64,000 nt of DNA from a virus (taxonomy: Duplodnaviria; Caudoviricetes), in the IMG/VR virus record IMGVR_UViG_3300047160_001842, positions 8,435-72,434 of that record; one strand, written 5' to 3'. The position numbers and the translations under genes were made by a program. Positions 33,239 to 43,231 of the stretch are shown piece by piece. The notes beneath the pieces were generated by a model that ran no database searches, had not been told where the DNA came from, and saw only the letters and a list, made by a program, of their open reading frames with translations. How positions within the stretch are numbered: the stretch's first letter is position 1; each line of letters opens with the position of its first letter.

Positions 33239-35354
33239 TAATGTCGAAGAGTTCATCCTCAAGTACAACGTTGACGTAGCGGAGACGCTGCGGCGACTCG
33301 ACGCACTCAACAGTAAGCTCGACAAGACCGGTCAGAAGGCCAAGCAGAGTGTCGGCGGACTCGGCACTGAGATAAAGACCGTTGCCAAGGAATTCGTCGC
33401 GGCTGGCGCGGCGATCTATGGCGCGTGGATGACCATCAGCAAGGGCATCAGGATTGCTACGGAGGCGATGAAGGACTACAACGAGCAATACTTGTTGTCC
33501 CGTCGCTCCGGTGTCGGCACACTCGCGCTGGAGGGGGTGAGTCAGAACATGTCTCGGGCGTCCGGAGGGTTTGTTGGCCGCGCGGCGTCCAGACAGGCCC
33601 TGGAAGCCATCAGCAGTGTGGTGAACCAAGCATACACCGACCCCACCCGCATGAACATGCAGAACGTCAAGTTGCGCATGATGGGTATCTCTCCGACCGG
33701 CAAGAATGGCCTGGTGGCGAACTCCGGCGAAGTTATGGACCAGCTGTCGAAACGCTGGTCAACGATGACGAAAGAGATGGCGCAAGCAGAGGGTGAATTG
33801 CTTGGCCTCACGCCGCAGGCCACGGATGCCATGCGCGCCCTCGCCGGTTCCGTAACGGACACCACCAACGTAACACTCGTGGCGGCAAAGCGCCAACAGG
33901 AAGCCGCAGAAGCCGCAAAGAAGCTCAACGATGCCACCGAAGGCTTCTCAACGGACATTCAAACGATCACGAAGGTCATCACAGACGAGTTGATGAAGCC
34001 GCTCGCGGACGCGGCGAAGAAGCTGCAAGGCAGCTCTCACTCGTTCGCCACGAAGTTGAATGACGAAGGATCGAAGGGCTTCACCCAGCACGCCGGTCGC
34101 TACTTCCAAGAGGTTTGGAAGCGCATCAAGGCAGGCGAAGGTCTGCCAACCGATCTGAAGGACCAAGAAGCCCTATGGGACAAGACGAAAGAGCAGAAGT
34201 CTGAAGCTCAGGTCAAGGAAGAGGCAAACCAAGTCAAACAAATCACCGACGAGCAGCGGAAAGCCGCCGACATTCAGCACGAAGCCGCGCAGAAGCAACA
34301 GCTCACGGCGAATCAATTTGCAATGGCCGTCGCGGCCATGCCCGGTTCCATCTCGATGCAACAGGCCATCGCGGCGTGGGCCGGAGAAGCGGCTAAGGGG
34401 GCTACCTCGGGAGGCGCGGGAAGTCCCAGCGGAACACTTTCTAGTGGAGGCGCGGCGGGTAAGGGCGGCGGAGCGGGCGGGCACGGGCCGGTAGTTGAAG
34501 CCTTGATGTCGCACGGATGGACGCAGGAACAGGCCATCGGTATCGCAGCCAATCTCAAGCATGAGAGTAACTTCGATCCCACCGCAGTCGGCGACAGCGG
34601 CAAGGCATATGGCATCGCCCAGTGGCATCCGGATCGTCAGGCGAAGTTCAAAGAGTTGTACGGCAAGGACATTCGCGGCTCCACGATGCAGGAGCAGGTT
34701 GCCTTCGTGAACTGGGAGCTGCGGAACACTGAGAAGGGCGCGGGCGACCGTCTCGCCAACGCTCGTGGTGCAGGTGAAGCCGCGTCGATTGTCTCGCAGT
34801 ACTACGAGAGGCCCGCAGACCGGATGGGCGAAGCCGCGCGACGTGCAGCAACGGCTCAAGGGATGGCTCCTACTCCTCGTGGACGGTTCGGCTTGAGCGA
34901 AGCGCAGCGCTGGCAGACGGGCGCGTCAATCGCAAACCAAATCCACATGAGCCCAGAGCAGTTCATGCGCGAGACGGCCTCCGGAAAGGGTGTTACGTCA
35001 GGGGATGTTCAGTACGGCATTGATGCCCAGCGGAAGGGCATGATCAACAACATCTACCGGCTGGAGAATGAGATCAAAGCCTACGAAGCCGCAGGCAAGC
35101 CGCAGATGATGCATCAGAAGGAGCAGGAGCTGTTTGCGATGAAGCAGCAAATGCGCGGCTTTGAGCAGTACGCCGGTGGCTTCCTGGACACTGCAAAGGT
35201 GGGCGGCGCTCAACGGACAGAAGGCATGCCGCCAATCCAAATCATCGTCAACGGAACAACTGATCCGCGCTCCGTGGCAGAGCACGTGAAGCAAGTCCTC
35301 GGACAGGAGATGCACAAAGTCGTCAACGACACAAGCAGAAAGCACGTGTCATGA
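33231..35354 (+). CDS. tape measure protein with phage-tail-lysozyme domain
   Basis: Long helical N-terminus; GIAANLKHESNFDPTAVGDSGKAYGIAQW lysozyme motif. Confidence 0.88.
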   Translation: MADNVEEFILKYNVDVAETLRRLDALNSKLDKTGQKAKQSVGGLGTEIKTVAKEFVAAGAAIYGAWMTISKGIRIATEAMKDYNEQYLLSRRSGVGTLALEGVSQNMSRASGGFVGRAASRQALEAISSVVNQAYTDPTRMNMQNVKLRMMGISPTGKNGLVANSGEVMDQLSKRWSTMTKEMAQAEGELLGLTPQATDAMRALAGSVTDTTNVTLVAAKRQQEAAEAAKKLNDATEGFSTDIQTITKVITDELMKPLADAAKKLQGSSHSFATKLNDEGSKGFTQHAGRYFQEVWKRIKAGEGLPTDLKDQEALWDKTKEQKSEAQVKEEANQVKQITDEQRKAADIQHEAAQKQQLTANQFAMAVAAMPGSISMQQAIAAWAGEAAKGATSGGAGSPSGTLSSGGAAGKGGGAGGHGPVVEALMSHGWTQEQAIGIAANLKHESNFDPTAVGDSGKAYGIAQWHPDRQAKFKELYGKDIRGSTMQEQVAFVNWELRNTEKGAGDRLANARGAGEAASIVSQYYERPADRMGEAARRAATAQGMAPTPRGRFGLSEAQRWQTGASIANQIHMSPEQFMRETASGKGVTSGDVQYGIDAQRKGMINNIYRLENEIKAYEAAGKPQMMHQKEQELFAMKQQMRGFEQYAGGFLDTAKVGGAQRTEGMPPIQIIVNGTTDPRSVAEHVKQVLGQEMHKVVNDTSRKHVS

Positions 35355-35899
35355 GGCAAACCAAAGAGATCAAGTTGTTCGGGCAGCGCTATCGCCTCTC
35401 GCAGATATCTGCGGCAGAGGGCTTCCGGTACATGAATGTGAAGCGCGATGCCACTGACGAGTTGATGGCGTTGATTGATGAGACGGCGATCTACGTGGGG
35501 GGCCAGTGGCAGCGGCTGACGAAAGAGAACATCGACAACTACGTCAAAGATGCAATCGACGTCATGCAGCCGCGACTGGTGCTCAAGGCTCTGGTTAAAG
35601 AGTTGAATGACTATAACTTCGGCTTCCTCAACACTCGCAAGACCTTCCGCGTCCCATCCTATCTGCGGCCTGATCATGACTATGAAGTGCGGCAAATCGA
35701 GGGCGAGAGTCCGGTGATGGGTGTTCTTATCTCGGAGGGCAAGGCCACTCTCCGTGAGCTTCAGGAGTATTACTCACTGGAGGATGCCTTCAAGATTTAC
35801 GACATCCTGTTCGTTGAGAAGCTGAACAGCGCAGAAGCGCACCACGAAGCAGTCAAGAAGACGAAGTCCAAGAGCGGGAAGTCAACTCATGCCTATTAA
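35351..35899 (+). CDS. tail assembly chaperone-like protein (G/GT type)
   Basis: LSQISAAEGF N-terminus; ATLRELQEYYSLEDA C-terminus. Confidence 0.55.
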   Translation: MRQTKEIKLFGQRYRLSQISAAEGFRYMNVKRDATDELMALIDETAIYVGGQWQRLTKENIDNYVKDAIDVMQPRLVLKALVKELNDYNFGFLNTRKTFRVPSYLRPDHDYEVRQIEGESPVMGVLISEGKATLRELQEYYSLEDAFKIYDILFVEKLNSAEAHHEAVKKTKSKSGKSTHAY

Positions 35900-36764
35900 G
35901 AAGCGTCGAATCAAGGTCACGCTAGACATGCAGGATGGCCAGCTGGTGCTGGACGAGTCGTTGGAGCTTCGCGTTGCCATCCACAAGGACTGCCTCTCGA
36001 TGCAGGCGACCTGCGACATCGATGTAGTCAACCTTACCGTTAGCCAACGTGAGTATCTGCTAACGAACTTCAGCGCTTGGAATGTCCGGTTGGCCCAGAC
36101 CGGAGTCACAACCAATCCGGTGTACGTCAACGTCAAGGTGGAAGTCGGCTACGACAACGACACGGCATTGGTATTCACCGGGCAAGTCGTTGAGACATCG
36201 CTTGTGTCGCCGCCGCCGAACGTTTGTGTGCGCCTTCACTGCGCATCGCGGCAGATCGACAAGACAAAGGACACCGCGCAGCCGCCATCGTCCAGTGTCA
36301 CGACCTTCAAAGAGTACGTCCAATGGGCGGCGGACCAGATGGGTGTTTCGCAAGCGGACTGCCAGACCACGCATGACGACGAGGTGATCCCAGGCATGTT
36401 CCGATCTGCATATGACGTGCAGGCTCTGATCTGGGCCATCCAGTCGGCGTTCGATCCTCACGTGGTGGCTTACATCGACAACGACCGACTGACGGTGCGT
36501 GAGATAAACGTGCCGCTTGCTGAAGAAGGCATTGTGAACGTCAATGAGTTCATCGGCATTCCAACTTGGACCTCGTATGGATCGACATTCACAGCCCTCT
36601 TCGATCACCGCATTCATTTGGGCGGCTTGGTTAAGCTCCACAGCTCCATGAACCCAAGTCTGAATGTGACGAATTCGTGGCTGGTGTTCGGGATCGATTA
36701 CGAGCTTTCCAGCCGTCACGAGTCCTTCTACAACCGCGTGACTTGCTATCTGCCGGCCTCCTGA
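35889..36764 (+). CDS. baseplate hub protein
   Basis: Synteny; VEVGY...VFTGQV pattern. Confidence 0.7.
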   Translation: MPIKKRRIKVTLDMQDGQLVLDESLELRVAIHKDCLSMQATCDIDVVNLTVSQREYLLTNFSAWNVRLAQTGVTTNPVYVNVKVEVGYDNDTALVFTGQVVETSLVSPPPNVCVRLHCASRQIDKTKDTAQPPSSSVTTFKEYVQWAADQMGVSQADCQTTHDDEVIPGMFRSAYDVQALIWAIQSAFDPHVVAYIDNDRLTVREINVPLAEEGIVNVNEFIGIPTWTSYGSTFTALFDHRIHLGGLVKLHSSMNPSLNVTNSWLVFGIDYELSSRHESFYNRVTCYLPAS

Positions 36765-36807
36765 GAGGCGTGTCCACAGGTACATTCGACATATACTCGA
36801 CGGCGAC

Positions 36808-37596
36808 ATGGCGCTCCAGAACAACCCCATTCTAGGCACAAGGCCGGATGAGCTTTCATTCGCCAACGGCATGCGCAAGCTGATGGAGTTGAATAAGCAA
36901 AGCGCAGACGGCCTTATGCCTGCGCGAGTCGTCTCATACAACCGCGCAAAGAACACAGCGGTGATCCAGCCGCTGATCATGCTGGTGGATACGAACGGCA
37001 ACACGCGCCTGCGCCATTCGCTTGAAGACGTGCCTGTGTTCTCGTTCGGCGGCGGCGGATTCCACATCAACTTTCCTCTCCAACCCGGCGACCTCGGGTG
37101 GATCATGGCGGCTGATCGGGACATATCCCTGTTCATGAGTACGCTCGATGCCGCAAAGCCAACGACGACTCGCAAGAAGACGTTTGGTGACGCGTGGTTT
37201 ATCCCGGATGTGTTCTACAAGTACACCATTGCCGGTGAAGACGCTAGTGCGATGGTGATCCAAGCGCTGGACAGCACAACCCGAATTTCGATCAGCAACG
37301 GCAAGGTAAACATCACTGCGCCGACCTCCGTCAAAGTCGATACGCCCATTGCGACGTTTACCCACGACGTTCACATCCAAGGCAAGTTGACAGTGGACCA
37401 GGACACAGCCCTCAACGCAAACCTCACCGTCATCGGGCTAACCTCGGTACAGGGCGGATTCATTGCCGTTGCAGGCGCGGGAACTGTCTGCACACTTCCG
37501 AACAACACGACCATCGGCGGCATCGTTGTGTATGGCCACGGTCACACCCAGACTGCCGTTGCTGGCCAGCGCACTTCCGGCGGCATGGTTGCCTAG
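36808..37596 (+). CDS. baseplate central spike (Gp138/gpV-like)
   Basis: PARVVSY...V.QPLI, FPLQPGDLG, C-terminal HGH iron-binding tip. Confidence 0.88.
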   Translation: MALQNNPILGTRPDELSFANGMRKLMELNKQSADGLMPARVVSYNRAKNTAVIQPLIMLVDTNGNTRLRHSLEDVPVFSFGGGGFHINFPLQPGDLGWIMAADRDISLFMSTLDAAKPTTTRKKTFGDAWFIPDVFYKYTIAGEDASAMVIQALDSTTRISISNGKVNITAPTSVKVDTPIATFTHDVHIQGKLTVDQDTALNANLTVIGLTSVQGGFIAVAGAGTVCTLPNNTTIGGIVVYGHGHTQTAVAGQRTSGGMVA

Positions 37597-37604
37597 GACT
37601 CAAT

Positions 37605-38867
37605 ATGACCGCATCCTACTCATACCTAATCAACACCGGCACAATTGCCGTAGATTCGACCGACCTCCTCAGCGATGTGGAAGCTGAATGGCAGCTTGCC
37701 TTCGGCTCCTCGCTGAATGTGGACGCATCGACGCCGCAGGGTACGATGATCGCGGCTGAGACGACAGCTCGAATCAGCGTGATGAAGAACAACGCCGATC
37801 TGGCGAATATGCAGAATCCCAACCTCGCATACGGCACGTTCCTCGATGCCATCTGCGCGTTGCTTGGTGTGGATCGCGGCGAGAACATCAGCACGACCGC
37901 GACGGCTGTTCAGATCAACGGCACTTCCGGCACGGTCATTGCTGCAGGTTCGCGCGTCAAGACGGTCAATGGCGACATCTTCGTGCTTCTCAACCAAGTC
38001 ACCATCCCATCGGGCGGCACGACTGTCGGCACATTCCAATCGCAAGCCTATGGAGCCATTGCAGTTCCTGTCGGCGCAATGACGATTATTGATGGGGTGA
38101 TCGGATGGGGCAGCGCCATCGTTGTCGGAACGACGACCGTTGACCCAGGCTCTACCCAGTCAACAGACGCGCAACTGAAGAACAAACGGAACCAGCAACT
38201 GTCCGTCCAAGGAACCGGCTCCAGCGCCTCGATCCTTGCGCGGGCGATGAACGTCCCCAACGTCACCTCGGTCAATGTCGTAGAGAACAACACCAGCGCG
38301 GCGGGAACGGTCAACGGTGTCACCTTCACCAATGGCAATGCCGTGTGGGTTTGCGTGGCCGGGAATCCGGTACTTGCTGATGTTGCAGCCGCGCTCTACG
38401 CCGCGCACAACAGCGGAACGGCGTGGGACTTCGGCGGCGCGGGCAACGGTGTTCCGGTCAACTCGCCAAACGGCATCTCAGTCCAAGACCCAAGCACCGG
38501 CAAGCTATACAACGTCAAGTTCACCACGCCTATCCTTTACGACACCTACATCCATGTGGACGTCAAGCAATCGCCATCAGCGTCTCCTGGGGCCACGGAG
38601 ATTCAGAAGGTGATACTGGACTTCTGCCAAGGCCTGCTGGGCGGCGAGGCGGGCTTGGTGGTCGGGGCTTCCCTGTCTGCCTTCGAAGTCTCCGGCGCGG
38701 TTGCGCGTGCGTATCCTGGCCTATACGTCCAAAACTGCAAGGTGGCCGCAGTCCCGGTTGGATCGGCCGCGCCTGTGTATCCTGGCGGCTATGCGTTGGA
38801 ATGGGTGGCAACTCCGTTCCAACAAGGCGTTCAGCAGATTGGCAACATTGCGGTGAATCTGCTATGA
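37605..38867 (+). CDS. baseplate J-like wedge protein
   Basis: STPQG.MI, NPNLAYGTFLDAI, VVENNT motifs. Confidence 0.88.
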   Translation: MTASYSYLINTGTIAVDSTDLLSDVEAEWQLAFGSSLNVDASTPQGTMIAAETTARISVMKNNADLANMQNPNLAYGTFLDAICALLGVDRGENISTTATAVQINGTSGTVIAAGSRVKTVNGDIFVLLNQVTIPSGGTTVGTFQSQAYGAIAVPVGAMTIIDGVIGWGSAIVVGTTTVDPGSTQSTDAQLKNKRNQQLSVQGTGSSASILARAMNVPNVTSVNVVENNTSAAGTVNGVTFTNGNAVWVCVAGNPVLADVAAALYAAHNSGTAWDFGGAGNGVPVNSPNGISVQDPSTGKLYNVKFTTPILYDTYIHVDVKQSPSASPGATEIQKVILDFCQGLLGGEAGLVVGASLSAFEVSGAVARAYPGLYVQNCKVAAVPVGSAAPVYPGGYALEWVATPFQQGVQQIGNIAVNLL

Positions 38868-39763
38868 CCATGATTCCGTATGATCCGGCGATCACGCGTG
38901 CCCTGCGTTGGCAGCAGAACAAGGCGCCGCGCATCACATCGGTCCTCAACCAGAAGCAACAGTGGTACGACCGCTACAACACCCAGTTCTGGGAGCAGTG
39001 GCGGACGGGCATATTTGACCTCAGGACGGCCAACCCCTTCGGACTCGCTGTCTGGTGCATCATACTCGGCTTGCCGCTGGATATCTTCAACTTCGAACCG
39101 CTCACGAATGCTTGGGCATACGGGATTCAGCGCGGCAACTACATCGGCCCTCTTCCAACGCTGCCTCTGAACGTCACGACCGGCCCGACCTTCTATGCCA
39201 ATGGCGTGGTCGATCCCACAGCGTCACTCAACGCAGCGACCGGCCATGTCCACTACTCCGCGCCGCCGCCAGTGGGTGCTGCCTTGTCTTGGAGCGCAGT
39301 CGTCACTGAGTCGGGCGGAGACATCACATTCAATCGCAATCCCATAGGAGTCGGCGACGGCGTGCAGAACGATTGGTTGCTTCTTGATCCGGCCCACTTC
39401 AATGACGTGGGATACAACTTCCAAGGCGGCGGCGACCAGTCGGTGTCGCTGCTCTCGGATGTGCGCTATGCCTGCCAGTTGCGGTATGTGGCGCTCGTCT
39501 CCAACGGCAGCCAACAGTGGATCAACCAGATGCTGAAGTACATCTTCAACAACAATGAAGACTGGGACTTTGCCGGCAAGAAGTATTTCTATCTCACAGA
39601 CGCGACTGAGGATGGCTCTGTGCTCGCGGATATGACGATGCAATATCACATCGGCGCGAACATGCCGCTGTCCGCCCAGTTCATCAACTTGCTGAACAAC
39701 CGGCAGTACGGCATTACGCCGCAGCTTTCTGGCGTTCCTTACACCGTGATCCAGGACCCATAA
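38864..39763 (+). CDS. baseplate wedge protein (DUF2612-like)
   Basis: FDLRTANPFGL.VW.IILG motif after baseplate J. Confidence 0.75.
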   Translation: MTMIPYDPAITRALRWQQNKAPRITSVLNQKQQWYDRYNTQFWEQWRTGIFDLRTANPFGLAVWCIILGLPLDIFNFEPLTNAWAYGIQRGNYIGPLPTLPLNVTTGPTFYANGVVDPTASLNAATGHVHYSAPPPVGAALSWSAVVTESGGDITFNRNPIGVGDGVQNDWLLLDPAHFNDVGYNFQGGGDQSVSLLSDVRYACQLRYVALVSNGSQQWINQMLKYIFNNNEDWDFAGKKYFYLTDATEDGSVLADMTMQYHIGANMPLSAQFINLLNNRQYGITPQLSGVPYTVIQDP

Positions 39764-39764
39764 T

Positions 39765-41093
39765 ATGCCCCTCATCATCCCACCACTGATCCAAACGCCG
39801 TTCGCGGACTCCGGCGACAAGACCACTGTTCCACAGACAGACCCAAGCGGGTTTGTGAGCTTCTTGACCGGGTATACGCCTGACTATGAGCTCAACCTTG
39901 CTTCCGGCGACCCACAAGCAAAGGCCGTGGAGCGCGGGATTCAGAACTATCTGTTCAACACCGGTACGCTGGCCACGAAGGCCTGGCAGACAGCCGCGCG
40001 TCCGCCATGGTACAACACCATGCCCGGAGGCTATGCTAAGTGGGCAGAAGTGGTGTACGACACCGGCGACGGCAACCCCAAGCCTTTCCGCTCGCTGGTG
40101 TCCGGGAACGTCGCCGCGCCGGGAAGCTCGCCCAACTGGGAGTACATCCAAGGCTCCGGCGAGATGATCAAGAACATCCCGATGCCCAGCGGCGGTGCGG
40201 GTGGCCCTGGTACGTACCTCATCACAGTCGCAACGGACTTCAACACGATCACCGGCAACGGCTCGTGGCAGTTCCAAAGCGATGCAATCGTCACAGGCTC
40301 TCCGAACTCTCCTCAGAATGGCGGCAACCAGGCCCAAGCTGGTATGCTGGAGGTGTCCTCGTGGGCGAACGGCGCCAACGCCTACGTCACCCAGTTCTAT
40401 CGCGACAAGGCCGGACTCGGGTGGATGCGCGGCGCGGTCAACGGCATCTGGACTGGTTGGAAGATTTGGGCCGCAGCCAACCAGTTTGTGGTAGGCGAGA
40501 TTCGCATGTGGAACGGGACCGCGACGCAAGCCGCGATCACAGCCGCGTGGGGACCGGGTTGGCGGCTTTGCGATGGTACGAACGGGACGGCCAACCTCAA
40601 GGACCGATTCATCATCGGCGCTGGCGGGACGATTGGCGCGACCGGAACGACTGGCGGCGCGTCGGCTGTTGCTCTGGCGATAGCCAATATGCCGGCCCAC
40701 AACCACGTTATCAACATCGGCGACCCCGGACACGCACACAGCGTTTACGATCCGGGGCACAACCACGGCGTCAGCGACCCTGGGCACTCACACGGGGTCG
40801 CTGACCCTGGGCACAACCACTCGTTCAACGGCGGTGCGATTGCAGTTGCCGGCTCGGCTGGCGGCTTCTTCATGACGAGTGGCGGTGCAACCGGGACGTC
40901 AACAAACGGCACCGGGATCAGCATCTACGGAAACGGGACCGGGATCGGCATTGCTGCGAGCGGAACCGGCATCGGCATTTACGCCAACGGCACTGGCATC
41001 ACCGCCAGTTCCAACAACACTGGTAGCGGGACGGCCTTCAGCATCATGCCGCCATACTACGCTTTGTGCTTTGTTCAATACACAGGAGCTTAA
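39765..41093 (+). CDS. main tail fibre with collar domain and HxH needle tip
   Basis: PFA.SGD N-terminus; W.LCDGTNGT.NLKDRFIIGAG collar; five HxH motifs; PPYYAL.F C-terminus. Confidence 0.88.
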   Translation: MPLIIPPLIQTPFADSGDKTTVPQTDPSGFVSFLTGYTPDYELNLASGDPQAKAVERGIQNYLFNTGTLATKAWQTAARPPWYNTMPGGYAKWAEVVYDTGDGNPKPFRSLVSGNVAAPGSSPNWEYIQGSGEMIKNIPMPSGGAGGPGTYLITVATDFNTITGNGSWQFQSDAIVTGSPNSPQNGGNQAQAGMLEVSSWANGANAYVTQFYRDKAGLGWMRGAVNGIWTGWKIWAAANQFVVGEIRMWNGTATQAAITAAWGPGWRLCDGTNGTANLKDRFIIGAGGTIGATGTTGGASAVALAIANMPAHNHVINIGDPGHAHSVYDPGHNHGVSDPGHSHGVADPGHNHSFNGGAIAVAGSAGGFFMTSGGATGTSTNGTGISIYGNGTGIGIAASGTGIGIYANGTGITASSNNTGSGTAFSIMPPYYALCFVQYTGA

Positions 41094-41095
41094 TC

Positions 41096-41428
41096 ATGTC
41101 CTTCAGCATCAAGGTTACCAATCGCAGCGACTCGTACATCAACCTGGACGGCGGCGAAGTCAACGCCGACATCCGCCCCGGCGACAGCGCTGAACTCCAC
41201 TTCCAGGACGACGACATCATTGTGGTGACTCGTCACGATCCGATGGCAGCGGCAGAGTCGGACGAGTCAGAAGGTGAGCCGCTGGCGCCCCCTCCGGTGA
41301 ACGGACAACCGGACGGTACGAACCCGCCTGCTGGCGGCGACACGAATACGGAAGGCGATGGAGTCGGCTCTGGCGGAACGGATCAGGCGAAGGATACGCC
41401 GCCCGCCGATACAGCCGCGTCCAACTAG
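41096..41428 (+). CDS. acidic hypothetical protein
   Basis: RBS AGGAG, ATG at 41096. Confidence 0.6.
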   Translation: MSFSIKVTNRSDSYINLDGGEVNADIRPGDSAELHFQDDDIIVVTRHDPMAAAESDESEGEPLAPPPVNGQPDGTNPPAGGDTNTEGDGVGSGGTDQAKDTPPADTAASN

Positions 41429-41541
41429 AACGTGTTCTGACGGGCTTTCCCGGCCCGGTCTAGGCTACCCTACGCCGAGCCGGGAGAATGGCTTAAAAAC
41501 CATCCAAACGGACACTCTTTTAAGCCTGTTCCCGAAAAGCT

Positions 41542-41577
41542 AACGGCCCTCGCTAGTTGCCTAGAGAGGGCCGTTTT
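41542..41577. terminator. bidirectional intrinsic terminator between the late (+) and replication (-) operons
   Basis: AACGGCCCTC/GAGGGCCGTT stem followed by TTTT. Confidence 0.8.
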
Positions 41578-41590
41578 AGTGTTCGGAAGG

Positions 41591-42481
41591 TCAGAGGTCT
41601 TCGCTACCCCGGATCGCCTCGAATACGCCGTGTCGCGGCACGTCCACCACGCCATGCGGGAAGTATTTGTAGCGCGCGAGCCTCCCGATGTAGTCGTTGG
41701 GGTTCTCCCAAGCCTTCTTCCGGTCCTTGTGGCTGAGTCCGGAAGCAGAGATGCGGAACTTGCCGTAAGTCGGCGTCTCCACCACAAACGCGCCGACCAT
41801 CCCGGTGCCCACTTGCGCGTCCTTGGACACCGACTTCTTCGCGCGCCCAAGCAAGTCCTCTTCACTCTCGGTAAGGTTCTCCACCTGCTCTTCAAGCGCG
41901 ACAATTGTGGCCTCCTCGGACACAAAGCGCTTCACCTTCAGCAGAAGGTTCTCGACCAGAGTTGACCGACCGAACTTGTAGTGGCCGTTGGGGTCGCGCA
42001 GCATGACCCCTTCGAAGCCTTGGTCAACTGCCAGACTTTCGAAGGCCAGCATTGATTCAAGGTTCATGACCGGGCGGTGCGTCAGGAGGACCAAGCGCGG
42101 ATGATTGATCGCGGCCACTCGTTCAGCCGCGCGTTGAATCCGCTCGCGGAACGGCGCGCGTGGATCGGTACGGTCATCAAAGATGTACCACTTCACGTCC
42201 GGTTCGCCGATCTTCTTGCGAACCGGGCCGGAGGTGTTGTGAAATGCGTTTCTGTCGTTCCACGGCCCGACGATGAGTTCACCGTCAAGGCAATCGAAGT
42301 CCAGTCCATCGAACTCGTTGCGGGTGAAGTCGTTGAGAACTGGAGTGCCGCTGCTCGTCCGAATCTTCCCCTCAGCGCTGAACGCCCGATAGCCATCGAG
42401 CTTGAAGCTGGCCAGATACGGGAAGCGCAATCGCGCCTCCTCGTAATCCTCGGCCTTCATCGGCTTATCAATGAACGCCAT
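41591..42481 (-). CDS. lig: ATP-dependent DNA ligase
   Basis: KLDG adenylation motif, LDGEL, FEGVMLRD, LLKVK. Confidence 0.93.
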   Translation of the reverse strand: MAFIDKPMKAEDYEEARLRFPYLASFKLDGYRAFSAEGKIRTSSGTPVLNDFTRNEFDGLDFDCLDGELIVGPWNDRNAFHNTSGPVRKKIGEPDVKWYIFDDRTDPRAPFRERIQRAAERVAAINHPRLVLLTHRPVMNLESMLAFESLAVDQGFEGVMLRDPNGHYKFGRSTLVENLLLKVKRFVSEEATIVALEEQVENLTESEEDLLGRAKKSVSKDAQVGTGMVGAFVVETPTYGKFRISASGLSHKDRKKAWENPNDYIGRLARYKYFPHGVVDVPRHGVFEAIRGSEDL

Positions 42482-43127
42482 CTTTGAACAGGAAGTCCAG
42501 AACCAGCTTGCTCCAGTTCTCATAGCCCTCGGTGGACTCCGGCTTCTGGATGAGTCCGACCGTCTCCAACTCCTCCTCGCGGCAGCGCACGGTGAAGCCG
42601 TCCGGAATCCGGATGGACATCAGAATGCCGTAGTGAACGCGCCCGACTTCGTTGGAGGTGTCGTTGATGATGCCGAGCATGTGCGGGTACATGCCTTGCT
42701 GGACCGCAGGGGCCAGGTCTTCCAGCGAGAGGTCCACGCCGTCCTTCGTGAGCACCAGCTCCTCGTTCAGCTCGCGCGTGATCGCGGCGGCGATGGTCGC
42801 GAGCGGATGAATGATGCTGGCGTCGCTGAACTTGACGTCATTCGCGTCGATGTGGCCGCCGATGCCGATGGAGTAGTTGCCTGCCAGCCGCTGCTCGCCA
42901 ACCTTCGCCGTCCGACGATAGGTGAAGATGCCGGTGTCGTTCATCACGACGACATACGGGAGGGCTTGACCAAACTCCTCGTTGATCTCCAGCTCGTGGC
43001 GGCGACCGATGAAGAGTGAACGCTCAGCGCGCTCTTTCAGATCGGCAATGCCCATGGGCGTGATGCCATCGCCTACTTCACCGAATTGCTTCTTGTGAAA
43101 GGCGACGATGTACTGTGGATGTTTCAT
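42468..43127 (-). CDS. Nudix-fold phosphoesterase (COG4112-like)
   Basis: QALPYVV...YRR...EQRLAGNYSIGIGGHID...RELNEEL...VGRVHYG. Confidence 0.8.
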   Translation of the reverse strand: MKHPQYIVAFHKKQFGEVGDGITPMGIADLKERAERSLFIGRRHELEINEEFGQALPYVVVMNDTGIFTYRRTAKVGEQRLAGNYSIGIGGHIDANDVKFSDASIIHPLATIAAAITRELNEELVLTKDGVDLSLEDLAPAVQQGMYPHMLGIINDTSNEVGRVHYGILMSIRIPDGFTVRCREEELETVGLIQKPESTEGYENWSKLVLDFLFKDGVH

Positions 43128-43136
43128 GGTTTGGAA

Positions 43137-43222
43137 TAAAAAGGGGCGTAGTGCGCGGGAATCTCCTGGCGGAGGGAGGAGGTAGAAGAAGACGCCAGGA
43201 GGGCAATGGCCGCGCACGCCCC
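43137..43222 (-). ncRNA. structured intergenic RNA element/terminator with anti-SD loop
   Basis: Three stacked stems, 21-nt pyrimidine loop containing ACCUCCU, 3' U-tract. Confidence 0.45.
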
Positions 43223-43231
43223 GTAAGTGGT

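Noticed and set aside
41486-41515. AATGGCTTA(A/G)AAC shared with ~62584, and a GGACAC at 41510
   Set aside because: Only two copies with no consistent position, and the GGACAC has no -10 element at 11-12 bp.
42468-43217. Extended N-terminus of the Nudix-like ORF given in the track
   Set aside because: The extension runs through the RNA hairpin and U-tract; ATG 43127 fits the domain start better.
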